From positions 19,486,929 through 19,550,928 of the forward strand of contig JARDVH010000164.1 in NCBI GenBank assembly GCA_030324005.1: a DNA stretch of 64,000 bases, in the 5' to 3' direction. The notes beneath the pieces were generated by a model that saw only the letters and a list, made by a program, of their open reading frames with translations, made no database searches and had not been told where the DNA came from. The translations under genes were made by a program, and so were the position numbers. How positions within the stretch are numbered: position 1 is the first letter of the stretch; each line of letters starts with the position of its first letter. Of this stretch, positions 1 to 13,002 are shown piece after piece. Source of the stretch: Negaprion brevirostris (lineage: Eukaryota).

Positions 1-600
1 GGTATGCACTCAAGCATGGCTGAAAAGTTTATGGCAAACAAAGGTGGAGCCAATATACAGACTGGTTTCATACCATTGGTGACAGGAAAGGCATCCAATG
101 GCATACCACAGAAAATAGTGATATTCCATGATTGTCACAGATGGGTTTGTTTCCTTTGCATTTGCAGTCTTGGGGCGCAGTGCCCTAGTTCCAGATTAGG
201 TAGAAGAGCTTATCGAGTTTCCACCAATGTGAGCCCTGCCATGCTTGGAATACTTCAGGTATTCCACTTCAGATGGGATGCCATCATGTCCTGGCAGCTG
301 CCTGTAGATAGCTGTTTTACGGCCTTCAAAGACTCCTGCTTCAAAAGGATCAAACATAAACTCTTTAAGAGTATGGTGCTGTGGAAATCACTCACCGACA
401 TCATTGCACACTGTTGATAGTGTAGATTGCAGGGTTACTCTGCCTAATGAAAGCAAACCCTTGTCTAATTTGCTAGGAGCTGATTGCCATCTGTTCAGAG
501 GATCACACCATTGGTTTTGTATCATAGGCTTATTGCAGACCTTCATGTAGTCTTCAGATAACTTTCAGCAGCAGCTGCTGGAAGCTCAATCGCCTCATTT
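1..600 (-). mobile_element. Degenerate RTE-clade LINE ORF2 relic
   Basis: Minus-strand translation gives PGHDGIPSE and CKGNKPICDNHGISLFSV, resembling the RTE motifs KAPG.DGIP.E and KGDRSDC.NYRGISLLS. The frame is broken and the boundaries are approximate. Confidence 0.6.
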
Positions 601-902
601 TCCCACAATAGTATAGCATGAGTTTAAGTAGCTCTATTTCAACATAATTGTGGTGTAATGTAACACATTCCTGCTAGGGGAATTAGTCATATTTGTTTGG
701 GGTCAAATTTGGTCTCCTTTTATATTAAGTGGATTTTGGATGCTTTCTTTACCTTAATGGCCTACTCATATTTCTCAATCAACCTATTTCTGATGGCAAA
801 GAATTTTGTGTTGTTTATCATTCCAATCAGATTTTGATAAATTATTTTGACTGGCTTGTTTCATATGTTCAGTGCAGAGTTTCTTTCTTTTCTCTCTTTC
901 AG

Positions 903-1083
903 GAGGGCAAATTGGATCTGCAGAATGCATTAAGAGAATCTGAAAGGCAACATGAAAAATACAAAACTGAAAAGGAAGCACAGCTTAGAAAACTTGAATT
1001 ATCTGAACGTCTTCTTAAGCAAGAACTGGAGCATTTGCAGCGTAAGTTGAAGGCTTTTGCACAGCAAAGTGAAACCAAATATG
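903..1083 (+). CDS. CEP152: CEP152 internal coding exon (coiled coil EGKLDLQNALRESERQHEKY...ETKY)
   Basis: Polypyrimidine tract then AG at 901-902; donor GTATTT at 1084. Phase 1 joins in frame to the exon at 4911. An alternative same-phase donor GTAAGT lies at 1042. Confidence 0.85.
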
Positions 1084-2419
1084 GTATTTGTTATTTTTCC
1101 AAAAAAAAATTAGAATAGTCACTGTTTCAATACAACAGTTCATATTTCCAAAGTAGAACCTGTCTCAACGCCACCAGATAATTCTGACTATGTACATATT
1201 ATCAGTTTGAGTTTTCTTTTCATTAAATTTTTGTTTGGCAATTGAGTTTAATTTAAGAAAATTATGCACGTCAGCAAATTTTCTTACTCCTTTTGAATTG
1301 TTAATTATAGATGATAACCAGCAAACAGATAGAAATTGAGTTTTCTCTTTTTATAAACCTGTAATTGTTCCCCAATCAGTGAAATCATTTCAAGCCATCA
1401 AAAACTAATCTTTAGTGTTGTCAATTTATTTCGCATGTGTTTTGTTTGAATCTTTTCAATTTAAATTGGTCATTATTGAACTTTTTTCATTCCTTGAATG
1501 AACACTTATAAAAAGCTGGCTCTGTAGATATTAAGTTTTCCTTTTTTCCAACTATCTTGCGCTAAATCTACCATGCGACTGCATCAGCTAAAGATAAAAG
1601 GAATCATTAGCTTTTATCACTTTATTAAGAAATTAATTCTATTTTTACCTGATATTTTTAATCAACCCAAGATTAGGAATTCATATCTTGAATATAGAAG
1701 TTAAATGTAATTATTTTCTTCAACTGAACAGAAAATGTGTATGAAAATGAAGGAAGTAGAGGTGGCCTCGGTCATCATTCACCAGACTCTAAAATGGCTG
1801 CTGTGTATTTATTTAGTGTATAGGTTATATTATTGATATGTACAATATTAATACTTGTCATCTCTGGCTTCATTGTTCAGCCCTCTGGTCTGCTTCCTAT
1901 TTTCTCTTCAGCTGGCTTTGTACCTTCTACCATATCCATGATAGGTGCAAGAAAATAGACCAGGCAATAGGAAAACAATTGCAAAGTGATTTTACCAGAA
2001 TTGAAACATCATACATCTCAGCTAGCCTCCAATTTGACTAACCCAATAAATATTTAGTTAGATCTCCTCCTTCTATGGCTAACTGGCTAATTTTGCTTCA
2101 TTAAGAATTGGATAGGGATAGCAGACAATTCTTGATTTCCCCACTTTCCCAAAAAGGTAGCCAGGATTAACAGTACAAAGCAAAATTGTATCATTTTCCC
2201 TTTCAGGGGTGCAACATAAAACATGATTACTATTTCACTTCTGTCCAGGCAAGCTTGATTGGCTTCATGAGGCAAAGATTTGCAGTGCATATTGTTGAAA
2301 ATGAAAAGGTCTCTTCCAGTACCTGAGTGTCTGGAGAGCAAGGGACAAGTTCTGCCATTTCAAGTATAAATCTGTTGCTCCTCCTTCTTCAGAATAAATA
2401 TTTAAATAAGCTAAATTAC

Positions 2420-3180
2420 AATAAGATATCAGCAGTGATCAGGATACAGTTGAATTTTATATTAGGTTTTGAGGAGAAGAAGACTAGCTCTAAGACTAGA
2501 ATTTTAAACTTAAAGGCAGTTCTGAGACTATGAAAGTAGAGCCAATTAAAGTGAACTGGCAATTTAGGTTAAGAGAAGTCAAAAGAGATGCAGTGGCAGA
2601 CATTTAAAGGGATGTTTCAGAATATACAAGATAGATACACTCCAACGAAGAAAATTTCCAAGGGGAGGATCTGCCACTTGAGGTTAACTGGAAAAAATTA
2701 AATGTTGTACCAAACTTAAAGAAATATATAATTCTGAAAAGATTGACAGTTCAGAAGACTAGAAAGAATATAGAAAACAGCAAAGAATGACTAAAGATTA
2801 ATGAGATGAAGGTTCCATTAGATTGGAAAATTGCTTATGTAATACCTTTATTGAGAAAGCAAAGGAGACAAAAAGCAGAAAACTGCTACCAGTTAACTTA
2901 ACATTTGTCAAGGAAAATGTCAGCTGTTATCAAATACTTTATAACAAGGCATTNNNNNNNNNNTCAAGGTAATCGGGCATAGTCAAAGTGATTTTGCGAA
3001 ATTTATCCAATTCATTGGAGTTGTTTGAAGAAATAACAACAGGTGCTGCGAATAAAGGGGATTTGGTGGATGTACTATACTTAGATTTTCAGAAGGCATT
3101 TGATAAGGTGCCTCATCTAAGGTTATTGCAAAAAATAAATAAATAAAAGCTCTGGGTGTAGGACAGTGTTTATACTGTGA
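2420..3180 (+). mobile_element. CR1-type LINE ORF2 fragment, degenerate
   Basis: Encodes LFEEIT...DLVDVLYLDFQKAFDKVPHLRLLQK, the CR1 RT motif, near 3020-3135. Upstream it is degenerate and it runs into a gap. Confidence 0.8.
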
Positions 3181-3731
3181 AGACTCCTCAAATGTGCCNN
3201 NNNNNNNNNNNNNNNNNNNNNNNNNNNNNNNNNNNNNNNNNNNNNNNNNNNNNNNNNNNNNNNNNNNNNNNNNNNNNNNNNNNNNNNNNNNNNNNNNNNN
3301 NNNNNNNNNNNNNNNNNNNNNNNNNNNNNNNNNNNNNNNNNNNNNNNNNNNNNNNNNNNNNNNNNNNNNNNNNNNNNNNNNNNNNNNNNNNNNNNNNNNN
3401 NNNNNNNNNNNNNNNNNNNNNNNNNNNNNNNNNNNNNNNNNNNNNNNNNNNNNNNNNNNNNNNNNNNNNNNNNNNNNNNNNNNNNNNNNNNNNNNNNNNN
3501 NNNNNNNNNNNNNNNNNNNNNNNNNNNNNNNNNNNNNNNNNNNNNNNNNNNNNNNNNNNNNNNNNNNNNNNNNNNNNNNNNNNNNNNNNNNNNNNNNNNN
3601 NNNNNNNNNNNNNNNNNNNNNNNNNNNNNGTACTCTCAGCATCTGTGCAATTAACATTTTTGGATTGACGATCTTTAATCAGGACTCATAAAAGTTACAG
3701 ATGCAACAGGTTTTAAGCAAGGTTTTTACTG

Positions 3732-4085
3732 CACAGTAATTAGCACTGCTGCCCCTTTGTACCAGAGACCTGTGTTCAATTCCAGCCATGGGTGACCTGT
3801 GTGGCACTTGCACCTTCTCCCCACATCTGCGTAGATCTCCTCTGGATGCTCCAGTTTGCCCCATAGTTTAAAGATGCGGAGGTTAGGTGCATTGGCCATG
3901 TTAAATTGCCCCTTGGTATCCAAAGATGTGTACATTAGACGATTTAGCCCCAGTAAGTGTGTGGTGCTGTGGGGATAGGGCAGGGGTTAGTCCTATATTC
4001 TTTCTAGCCTGAATGTTCTTCAGTGAGTTGATGCAAACTTGAGGGGCCAAATGGTTTCCTGCACTGTAAGAATTCTATGATTCAA
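3732..4085 (+). mobile_element. HE1-type V-SINE (CR1-tail subfamily)
   Basis: tRNA-like head (tagcactgctgcc), V-domain, and a tail ending ctgcactgtaagaattctatgattc. Confidence 0.85.
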
Positions 4086-4910
4086 GTACAGAGGTGGTAG
4101 CAGATAAGAGAAAGTCTGAAATGGGATAGAATGTAGGAGAGCTCAGATGACTAAAGGGATGGTAGTGCGTGGCAAAGTAGGTGGGAAAAGAAACAAAGGT
4201 GCAAATATGAAAAGCTACTTATCACCAAGGTCTGTGTTAAAAAAGCTGAAAGTGGGGCAGAGATTGTGATTTGAAACTGTTGAACTTAGACCTCTTGAGG
4301 TTGTAAAGTACCTAATTGAATAGGGAGGTGTTTGTTGGTACTATGTTGCACATATAACATTCAAGGCCTCTCTGCTGCAACCTCCAGTTTAAAGAAAATA
4401 GTAAAGATGTATTTGAGAACTACCCCTTAATGTGAAGTGGGGAAAAGGTTACCTAGTTATAATGGCCATATGCTAAGGATGTAGTAGGTATTGACCATGT
4501 GGCAAGGCATAAATTCACAGAATGAGGATTCTTGTGCCTGTGGTAGGAAATGCCATTTTCAAGGGGTCAATGGCATTGACTTCTTGAAGATCAATCAGTT
4601 GGGTTTTTTATTTTGATTTTAATAAATTTTCCACTCTTGTGATCAAAAATGGTGTTCAAACCATCTTGTGCATTCAAAAATGTCTGAAATGTGAATTCTG
4701 ATGTCGATGCTATCCAGCAAAAAATTTATCAATCCATAACTTTATGCCAGCAAGAGCTTGTGTGATGTGATTTTCTGAGATAAGCTAAATTTTTCATGTC
4801 TTTGGAGCTGTGGAAGTTCTACTTGAGGCCTTTAGTTCACAAAAGCAAGAATTCTCTTGAATTCCATTAATTGGAAAATTTTCAAATTCTTCTATCACTA
4901 TATTTCCTAG

Positions 4911-5010
4911 AGGAACATGAAAGAACCATAAAGATTATGCAAAATGAAAAGGAGAATCTTGTAAGAAGATTGAAAGAAAATGAATCAACTAGCAGTAAAA
5001 CAAAGGCTTG
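4911..5010 (+). CDS. CEP152: CEP152 internal coding exon (EEHERTIKIMQNEKENLVRRLKENESTSSKTKA)
   Basis: Acceptor tttcctAG at 4909-4910 and donor GTATGT at 5011. Phase 1 in and phase 2 out match both neighbouring exons. Confidence 0.85.
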
Positions 5011-6613
5011 GTATGTTCATATTCTTAGTCTGATAACTCTGCAAAGATTGCAGTGCATATTATTTTGTATCTCATAGGTTTGCTTTCTTTTAGTAATTAA
5101 GTGACATTAAATCTCACTTACCTGTTCATATATAATTAAGCTTGCGATCCTGCAGTGCATTCCCAGGAGACAGTTTCTTTAATGGTTTTCATCATGAGCC
5201 AAACAGTACAGGAGTCCCACCTTTGCGGTTTTTCATTGCAATATTTTGTTTTCATCTCAGAATAATATAAATCCTTATTTGTGTGGATTTTTGCTTTTAC
5301 GTTTCTTGATATTTCACTGTGTTTTTGGCACCAGTTTTCCAGAAAAGAATATTTCATGTTTTTCTTGAGCAAATAGTTGGGTTGTATCACACCTTTCTGT
5401 GCTGACTGTATGGAATTAACTTTTTAATATCCTGTAGGGGCTGGTGTCAAACAACAATGGGGATAGATAAACAAACTCTCAATGAAATAAACTGAATCGG
5501 GTGGACTTGAAAGGTTTGACACATTGTAGCCCTGATTTTCCCCTGCATATTTCCATTAGTATGACTTCTTCAATGGACTGTAGAATTGCAGAATTATGGC
5601 TACTGTAGTATATGGCATAAGTGACACTTTTGTGGTTGTGTGAGTAGGAAACCAGGCATGACACGGATGGTACTAATGCTCCACTATTCCTTTGCTATTC
5701 TGCATATTTATTTTTATAAGGTGATCTTCTCCAAGGGTATCAAAGTCTTGCTTTCTGTAATTGAGCGTAGAAAACTATTTTTTAGCCTTGTTGTTTTATT
5801 AAATTTTAACATATTGCATATTTGAATACAGGCCCTGTGTTTCACAATATTGAATCTGTCTCTTTTGCACTTCATGGTTCTTTCTCTGCACAGGAACATT
5901 ACTGAAATGAGCAAAGTGCCAATTTGTGGTGCAAGTCCCTTTCTATCTCAGATTAATACAGCTGTTTCAATTGTTGCTCATGCCATTTTAATGAACAAAT
6001 ACTTAAGTAACAGAATTCCACACCCTCCACACACATAGGCATGCACACTAGCTAACCTAATAGGCCGGAGCAAATGCACATGGAATCAAAAATTGTAAAT
6101 GTTCAAGTTGATGAGGTAAGATTACGCTTATTCAAAATTATAGTGGTGTTCAATTTGCCTATGAATGTTAATCTCCAGATATACTTTGTTCTGGCTAGTT
6201 TTTAGTTTATTTTCTAAAATTTGGGTAATCCTGCTGCAGTAATATACAATGAATGGTTTTGGGAGTGGGCTTTCAAATTTTGGGATACAAAAAACTCATT
6301 CAAGTATCTGCCTAGAATGTCCCTATGAGGATGCCACAAGGAACAACCTCCATATATGTCAATCAGTCACCAGACCAAGATTTGGTCACTTCACAGAATG
6401 TGAAAGTAGAATAAATGTAAATCATTATGGTCCCGGGCGAGTAAATATTGGGTATCAAATTTAGTTAGTCACGGTAGACAAGATGAAGGCCAATAAAATA
6501 AGTTCTCACCTATGGAAAGTTTCCTAACGCAATCTGTTGTTCTAGGACTTTGCTATTTCATGTAATATCAATTGTGCTTTTAGAATTTTCCTTTTTTTCC
6601 CCTCTCCTTTCAG

Positions 6614-6717
6614 TTTACAAGAAAATTGGACCTCTGAAAATTCATGCAAGTTAATCCCTACAAAAGGATTAGAAGAAATTCGGCATCAGTATTTGAGGGC
6701 TGTGGACAAAATTAAAG
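6614..6717 (+). CDS. CEP152: CEP152 internal coding exon (LQENWTSENSCKLIPTKGLEEIRHQYLRAVDKIK)
   Basis: Long pyrimidine tract with cAG at 6612-6613; donor GTAACT at 6718. Resembles the remembered human CEP152 LEELRGQYIKAVKKIK. Absent from the ORF track. Confidence 0.92.
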
Positions 6718-7209
6718 GTAACTATAGCTAATTTGATTGTTGCGTGCAAGATACCTTCACTAAGTGGTACTGTGAAGACAAATTTCATCCTCTTAAGTTG
6801 TTAACCAGAATATTTCCAATTCATCCTTTGTGACTGGATTCCTCATTTTGAATTTGCTGTCCAAAACATATTGTCATATTTATCTATTTAATGAATTGCA
6901 AAAAGATTATTATCAATATGCTAGCCAGCATCTATTAAGTTGTTTGTGTAGAAAAACATTTGGGTTCTTGTACCACTCTCAATTAGCTGTATCATGTCTT
7001 CTCTTCTATGGTTAAAATTAATTAAGGATGTCCATGTTGGAATGTGAAACAACTACCTTATATATAGAATGAAAATCTGGAGATAGGTAATGCGGTTCTG
7101 ATTGGAAAAAGACTTAAAGGGACAGACATCCTAAGTGGTTCTTCAATTAATAGGAAAGCTTAACCCTTCTCCTTAGTATGTGATGGCTAATTTGATTCAA
7201 ACTGCCAGC

Positions 7210-8545
7210 AAGAGGTGATGCATTTTGGTAGATCGAAGCAGGACGGGACTTAGTCAGTTAACGGTAGGGCATTGGGGAAAGGTATAGAACAAAGACATCT
7301 AGGGGTTCATAGCTCTTTGAAAGTGGAGTCGCAGGTGGACAGGGTGGTGAAGAAGGCATTTGGCATGCTTGGTTTCATTGGCCAGAACAATGAATACAGG
7401 AATGAGATGTCTTGTTGAAGTTGTACAAGACATTGGTATGGCCACACTTGAATACTATGCAAGTTCTGGTCATCCTATTATAGAAAGATATTATTAAACT
7501 AGAAAGTGTGCAGAAAAGATTTATTTGGATGCTACCTGGACTTGATGGTTTGAGTTATAAGGAGAGACTGGATAGACTAGGACGTTTTTCCCTGGAGCAT
7601 AGGAGGCTTGGAGGTGATCTTATAGAGGTCTATAAAATAATGAGGGGCATGATCAGATAGATAGTCAACATCTTTTCTTGGGTAGGGGAGCCTAAAAACA
7701 GAGGGCATAGGTTTAAGAGGAAAGGGGAGAGATACAAAAGGATCCAGAGGGGCAAATCTTTCACAGAATGGTGAGTGTCTGGAACAAGCTGCCAGAGGTG
7801 GTAGTAAAGGCAGGTACAATTTTGTCTTTTAGAAAGCATTTAGACAGTTACATGGGTCAGATAGGTATAGAGGGATATTTGGGGCAAACACAGGCAATTG
7901 GGACTACCTTAATNNNNNNNNNNNNNNNNNNNNNNNNNNNNNNNNNNNNNNNNNNNNNNNNNNNNNNNNNNNNNNNNNNNNNNNNNNNNNNNNNNNNNNN
8001 NNNNNNNNNNNNNNNNNNNNNNNNNNNNNNNNNNNNNNNNNNNNNNNNNNNNNNNNNNNNNNNNNNNNNNNNNNNNNNNNNNNNNNNNNNNNNNNNNNNN
8101 NNNNNNNNNNNNNNNNNNNNNNNNNNNNNNNNNNNNNNNNNNNNNNNNNNNNNNNNNNNNNNNNNNNNNNNNNNNNNNNNNNNNNNNNNNNNNNNNNNNN
8201 NNNNNNNNNNNNNNNNNNNNNNNNNNNNNNNNNNNNNNNNNNNNNNNNNNNNNNNNNNNNNNNNNNNNNNNNNNNNNNNNNNNNNNNNNNNNNNNNNNNN
8301 NNNNNNNNNNNNNNNNNNNNNNNNNNNNNNNNNNNNNNNNNNNNNNNNNNNNNNNNNNNNNNNNNNNNNNNNNNNNNNNNNNNNNNNNNNNNNNNNNNNN
8401 NNNNNNNNNNNNNNNNTTACATGGGTCAGATAGGTATAGAGGGATATTTGGGGCAAACACAGGCAATTGGGACTACCTTAATGGTAAAAACTGGGCAGCA
8501 TGAGCAAGTTGGGCCAAAGGGCCTTTTCCATGCTGTAAACCTCTG
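7210..8545 (+). mobile_element. CR1/HER1-type LINE 3' portion
   Basis: C-terminal CR1 ORF2 remnants (LYKTLV.PH, FSLEHRRLGGDLIEVYKIM, VSVWNKLP) and a 3' UTR. Spans an N gap whose flanks are duplicated. Confidence 0.9.
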
Positions 8546-8721
8546 ACTGCGTATGCAAACAAAGACGTTGGGGGCAATTTTCTCACCTTGCTGTGCCTGG
8601 CATGAATCGCACTTGCCAACATTAAATTCCATTTGCCAGTTCCTGGCCCATTCGCCCAGCCTATCTAGATCCTTCTGCAATGATAGTGGACCAATCATAG
8701 TAATCAAATGGATTGAAATTG

Positions 8722-8860
8722 ATAAAAGCAAATTACTGCAGGTGCTGGAATCTGAAACCAAAAGAGAAAATGCTGGAAAATCTCAGCAAGTCTGGCAGCA
8801 TCTGTAAGGAGAGCAAAGAACTGACATTTCAATTCCAGATGACCCTTTGTCAAACTGATG
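8722..8860. mobile_element. Penelope-associated repeat fragment (family 2)
   Basis: aaatgctggaaaatctcagcaagtctggcagcatctgt...; same family as 25625, 34470 and 63893, with a degenerate hammerhead-like core on the minus strand. Confidence 0.55.
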
Positions 8861-9359
8861 TTTGTCTTTGGATATGATTTTTAATTGCTGCTGAATGCAG
8901 TTTGTTTCCATAGCTGTTTTCAAAGCAATGTCTAACTTAATCATGTTCCTGTGTTTTTGATGCAAGACTTCTTAAAAATTTTGAATGTTTTCTTCAGATG
9001 AGTTTTAATATATTACAACAGCGTAAGTTGTTACAAATTTCCAATTATACCATTTAAATCCATTAACTGTTTCCAAATGTATTTATTTTATGGGTGTTGA
9101 TTAGAATTCAGAGGAGGATATGTTCATATAGAATTAGTCGATGAAAGTATTTGCATTTTAGATATAGCTTTTACCTCCCAGTTTTTAGAATGTGTATCCA
9201 TTCTTGTCAATTGTTTTGGGGAATGGTAGTGGCTAACTGAAGTTGTTCAAAGGGCAACACTTTGAAGCATATTAACAAGTAACCTTGAACGGAAAGTTTT
9301 CAAAATTTCAAAACATGATTTGTATGTCAATTTATTTTGGCAGCATTCTCTTATCTAGA

Positions 9360-9465
9360 TCGGGTTTGATTCAGCCTTGGGTGACTGTCTGTCTGTATGG
9401 AGTTTGCACATTTCCCCCCCCCATGTCTGCGTATTTTTCTGTGCTACAGTTTCCTCCCAGTCTCC
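9360..9465 (+). mobile_element. HE1 SINE fragment
   Basis: gggttt..ttcagccttgggtgactgtctgt...gtttcctcccag. Confidence 0.7.
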
Positions 9466-9589
9466 AGTCTCGTGCTTTGTGAGCCTCGTTATGTACAAAA
9501 ACACCGAATTCGGCATTCCAGCCAAAACCCCATTCGCTTGCGGTGGCACTGAAACATCCGAGCATGAATGAGGACAGACTTCAGAAGCT

Positions 9590-10380
9590 ATCTCTGGCAT
9601 CAATCCTTTTATGATCCCCAGTTGGACCTGGGGCCCTGTTAACCTTTAGGTCTAATAGTTTTCCCAGCATCTTTTTTCCCCCTGGTGATTCTGATTGGTT
9701 TAAGTTATTCCGCAATATCACCTCTTAATTATCAAGTACCACTTAACTTTCAAGTATCTTTGGGAAGTTTTCCAAGTAATTTACAGTCAAGATAGACACA
9801 GGGTGGAATTTTACAAGAATGCTCTATTACTTTGTTGTATCCCTTTACTTGTATTTTATCTCATAATCCCTTTTCTCTACCACCCTGGTTATACAATTTG
9901 CCCAAACAGTGGTCCCAGCACAGTTCAAATGTAGACGGTCCCAATGGTACAGCTCCCACTTTCCCATGTACTAGTGCCAGTGCCCATGAATTAGAACCAT
10001 AGAATCTCTAAAATGCAGGAGTAGGCCATTTGGCCTATCAAGTCTGCACCACCTCTCCAAAAGAGCATCTTACCCAGGCACCCCCTGCCATATTGCTGTA
10101 ACCTTGCACATTTATCCTGGCTAATGCACCCCACCTACAAATCTTTGGACACTAAGGGCCAATTAGCATAGTAAGGGATGTGACTACCTTCTGGAATAAA
10201 GTTTCCAGGTAACTCCACCCTCCCTGATATATCGCTGTATCTACAGCTCACCCTCCAACTCCATGACTCTGAGCTGAAGCTGTTCAAGCCACAGACATTT
10301 AACTGTAAACATACTTATCCTGAATCAGTCTTCCAGAAGCGCTCTCATTCTACAATTACAATGCATTACATGCACTGCCA
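9590..10380 (-). mobile_element. Degenerate CR1 fragments interrupted by an HE1 SINE (about 9995-10172, minus)
   Basis: CR1-like antisense sequence flanks an HE1 tail and body (gaaccatagaatctcta...gcccaattagcat). Confidence 0.55.
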
Positions 10381-10782
10381 TCCTTTTTGATTTAATTAAT
10401 TTTCCTTTTTCATACATTCTATTTCGTGCCCTTTCTTACCACCACTTAACTGTACTAATTTAAATTTTTGTAATAGAATAGCCTTTTACTGTTTAAAATA
10501 TTTAATTTTCAGTTATATACAAATGCTTCCCATAATTAGTTACTCAGGTTGTGGGTTTAAATGCCACTCTATAGATCGGAGCACGCAACTTAGATTTACA
10601 CTTCAGTGTAGGACTGATTTAATTGTGCAGTCCTAGGCCTTGACTGTCTTCTCCATAGTGTAAATTATTTCTGTCACAGTTGAATGTCTTTACCTCCTAC
10701 CAGAGAAACAAAGTTTAATGCTGCAGTTTTAAGCTCTGGCATAATTTAATCGTGTATCCTGAGATCTTTTCCTTTCGTGCAG

Positions 10783-10939
10783 GAGATATGATGCGTTATA
10801 TTCAAGAGAGTAAGAAGCGAGCAGCTGAAATGATTCGTACAGAAGTATTGAGGGAACGACAACAAACCGCACGAAAAATGCGAAAATATTACTTGACCTG
10901 CCTCCATCAGCTCCTAGCAGACAATGGGCAGAATGATGG
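10783..10939 (+). CDS. CEP152: CEP152 conserved C-terminal coiled-coil exon ([52 protein letters not shown])
   Basis: Very close to the remembered human [50 protein letters not shown] at 10781-10782 and GT at 10940. Confidence 0.97.
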
Positions 10940-11208
10940 GTAAAAATCTTTATGGTGCAGTTTCTATTAGACCATTGTTTACTGTGATTTCCAATATATT
11001 AATGATATTTCTTGGTGTTGAATTACCAGTTTGGGATTTTAGCAAGCATATTTTTGTTATTAATCCCTATAAACCCTTACTGATGATCTAATCAGAAAAG
11101 CCCAATTCCAGAAACTGAAGTTTATAATAATTTGACAGCTGTGGGCTCAAGAGCCAAGTTATACCAGCAGTATTGATTTATATAAAAATTTTTGTATTTG
11201 TTTCATAG

Positions 11209-11315
11209 TGCTGAAAAGAAGATTATGAATGCTGCTAGCAAGCTGGCTGCAATGGCCAAAGCTTTAGAAACCCCTCTTCCAAATCGTAAACGTGATAAAA
11301 CTGAAACTCTGGCTG
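11209..11315 (+). CDS. CEP152: CEP152 penultimate coding exon ([36 protein letters not shown])
   Basis: Matches the remembered human [22 protein letters not shown]. Acceptor catAG at 11207-11208, donor GTATGT at 11316, phases consistent. Confidence 0.96.
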
Positions 11316-11741
11316 GTATGTATGTTATTTTGGAAAATTGAATCTTCAACTTTTTGTTCTTATATTCATTGCTTATTTATAAGGCTGCTTCTGTGAGTGA
11401 TGTGTTTTATGTTTTGACTTTATTTGAAATATATGATGTAAGGGAGTCAACTATACTCATAAGTGTAATTTTGCTGATTTTCAGTGACATGTTGGTCCTG
11501 TGCTCTCATGCCAGAAAGTAGTAAGGTATTTACCATTGGTTTCAAGGTATAAGTTTTGAAGCATCTGATCTAAAGAATACTCATTCCTTAAAATTCCCAT
11601 GCATCTTCACAAAACAGGCTATACAGACTGCTTAATCTCTTGCACCGTGTTATAAGTTAGTAAAACATGTGTTTGGGTACGAATCATAAACCCCAAGGTA
11701 TATTGCAAAGTTAGACTAAACAAATGGGCACTGTGTAAAAC

Positions 11742-12066
11742 AGCTGAATTTTAAACAACTGTCGGAAGGGCAGCGGAGCCAGTTCACAGGTCTGACCAGC
11801 GATTGGGAGACCACCTGTGCAGGGCCACTGCACAGCATCGATATCCACCCTGACAGATTGGCATGTGTGCAGTTGTCTGCTCAGCGCTATGCTGCCGGCC
11901 TCTCAACGGGAATAAGCACTGATTTTCAGCATGAATCTCCCGGAGACACGTTGCAGTGCTTAGTGTGGGAGATTCATTTTGAAAATCCCGCTTAAAAAAC
12001 CAACGGGAGTTGGTCCAGTTTTATGCGAATTCAGCACTTGGAATTTTTCTGGGAAAATCCTGGCCA
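11742..12066. mobile_element. GC-rich MITE-like element (Harbinger-type ends)
   Basis: CpG-richer island ending in gggaaaatcctggcc, like the other GGG...CCC MITEs in this window. Confidence 0.4.
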
Positions 12067-12204
12067 TGATTTTTCGGGCTTTAAAAAATAGGGTTTTTAA
12101 GTTAATTTAGGGGACATTGATGTCACTTGCTAGACGAGTTATATTGCCCGTCTCTAGTTCCCCTTCAGCAGGTGGTGATGAGCTGCCACCTTGAACCACT
12201 GGAT

Positions 12205-12360
12205 AGATAAATTTTTGAACAGTAAGGGAATTAAGGGTTATGGTGAGTGGGCAGCTAAGTGGAGCTGAGTCCACGAAAAGATCAGCCATGATCCTATTGA
12301 ATGGCGGAGCAGGCTCAAGGGGCCAGATGGCCTACTCCTGCTCCTAGTTCTTATGTTCTC
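12205..12360 (+). mobile_element. CR1 3' tail
   Basis: gatcagccatgatcctattgaatggcggagcaggctcaaggggccagatggcctactcctgctcctagttcttatgttct. Confidence 0.85.
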
Positions 12361-12551
12361 AGTTACCACTTAATTGGGCAGATAGAGGCCTCAATAAGCC
12401 TTGTGTGTGGAATAATCATGCTTTACTCACCTTGTGTATAATGGAGAGCAGGTCAGTGGTGAGCAGTGCAAAGGGTTAATATCAGAAACACCTAATACTG
12501 ATATAACTACTGATGGGAGGCAGAAAAACAGTCTTGTGTAGAGTTACTGAG

Positions 12552-12574
12552 ATATATATATATATATATATATA
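12552..12574. repeat. (AT)n microsatellite
   Basis: About 11 AT units, read directly. Confidence 0.95.
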
Positions 12575-13002
12575 GATTCATAAATAAACAAGAATGGATT
12601 TCACACGTAATAGTCAGTGGTAACATTCTTAGAGTAGCAACCAAACGCTAACAAAACCTCATCTAGACCCTGAAGCCAAGATAAAAGACGGTGACAGCTG
12701 ACAGCTTCTGCTGAATGTTCATGGGCACCCTTTGAAATGCGATGGCAGCAGAGAGGGTGGAAAGACCCAGTAAAAGTCTATGAGAAGACTGCAGACCTGA
12801 GAGACTTACTTACAAAAACTCATTGTTGGGCTATTCCTGCCCCTTGGTGGGATTGCTCTAATCAGTTTCCACATCAATCCACCCACCAACTAATTTCTTA
12901 CTCATTCCCGAGTTTCATTCTAAAATTTCTATTGTTTAACAATATTTGTGTCATGAGGAACTTTGTCAGATCCTTTCGGGACTTTCGGCAGACAGTGTTG
13001 TT

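Noticed and set aside
4-417. 137-aa plus-strand ORF
   Set aside because: It is the antisense frame of an RTE LINE relic, with no CEP152 similarity or convincing splice sites.
2983-3691. Long ORFs through N runs (also at 7768, 23356, 44982, 56685, 63491)
   Set aside because: They are open only because N codons contain no stops.
12600-12950. Possible LTR fragment
   Set aside because: No definable TG...CA ends, target-site duplication or second copy in the window.
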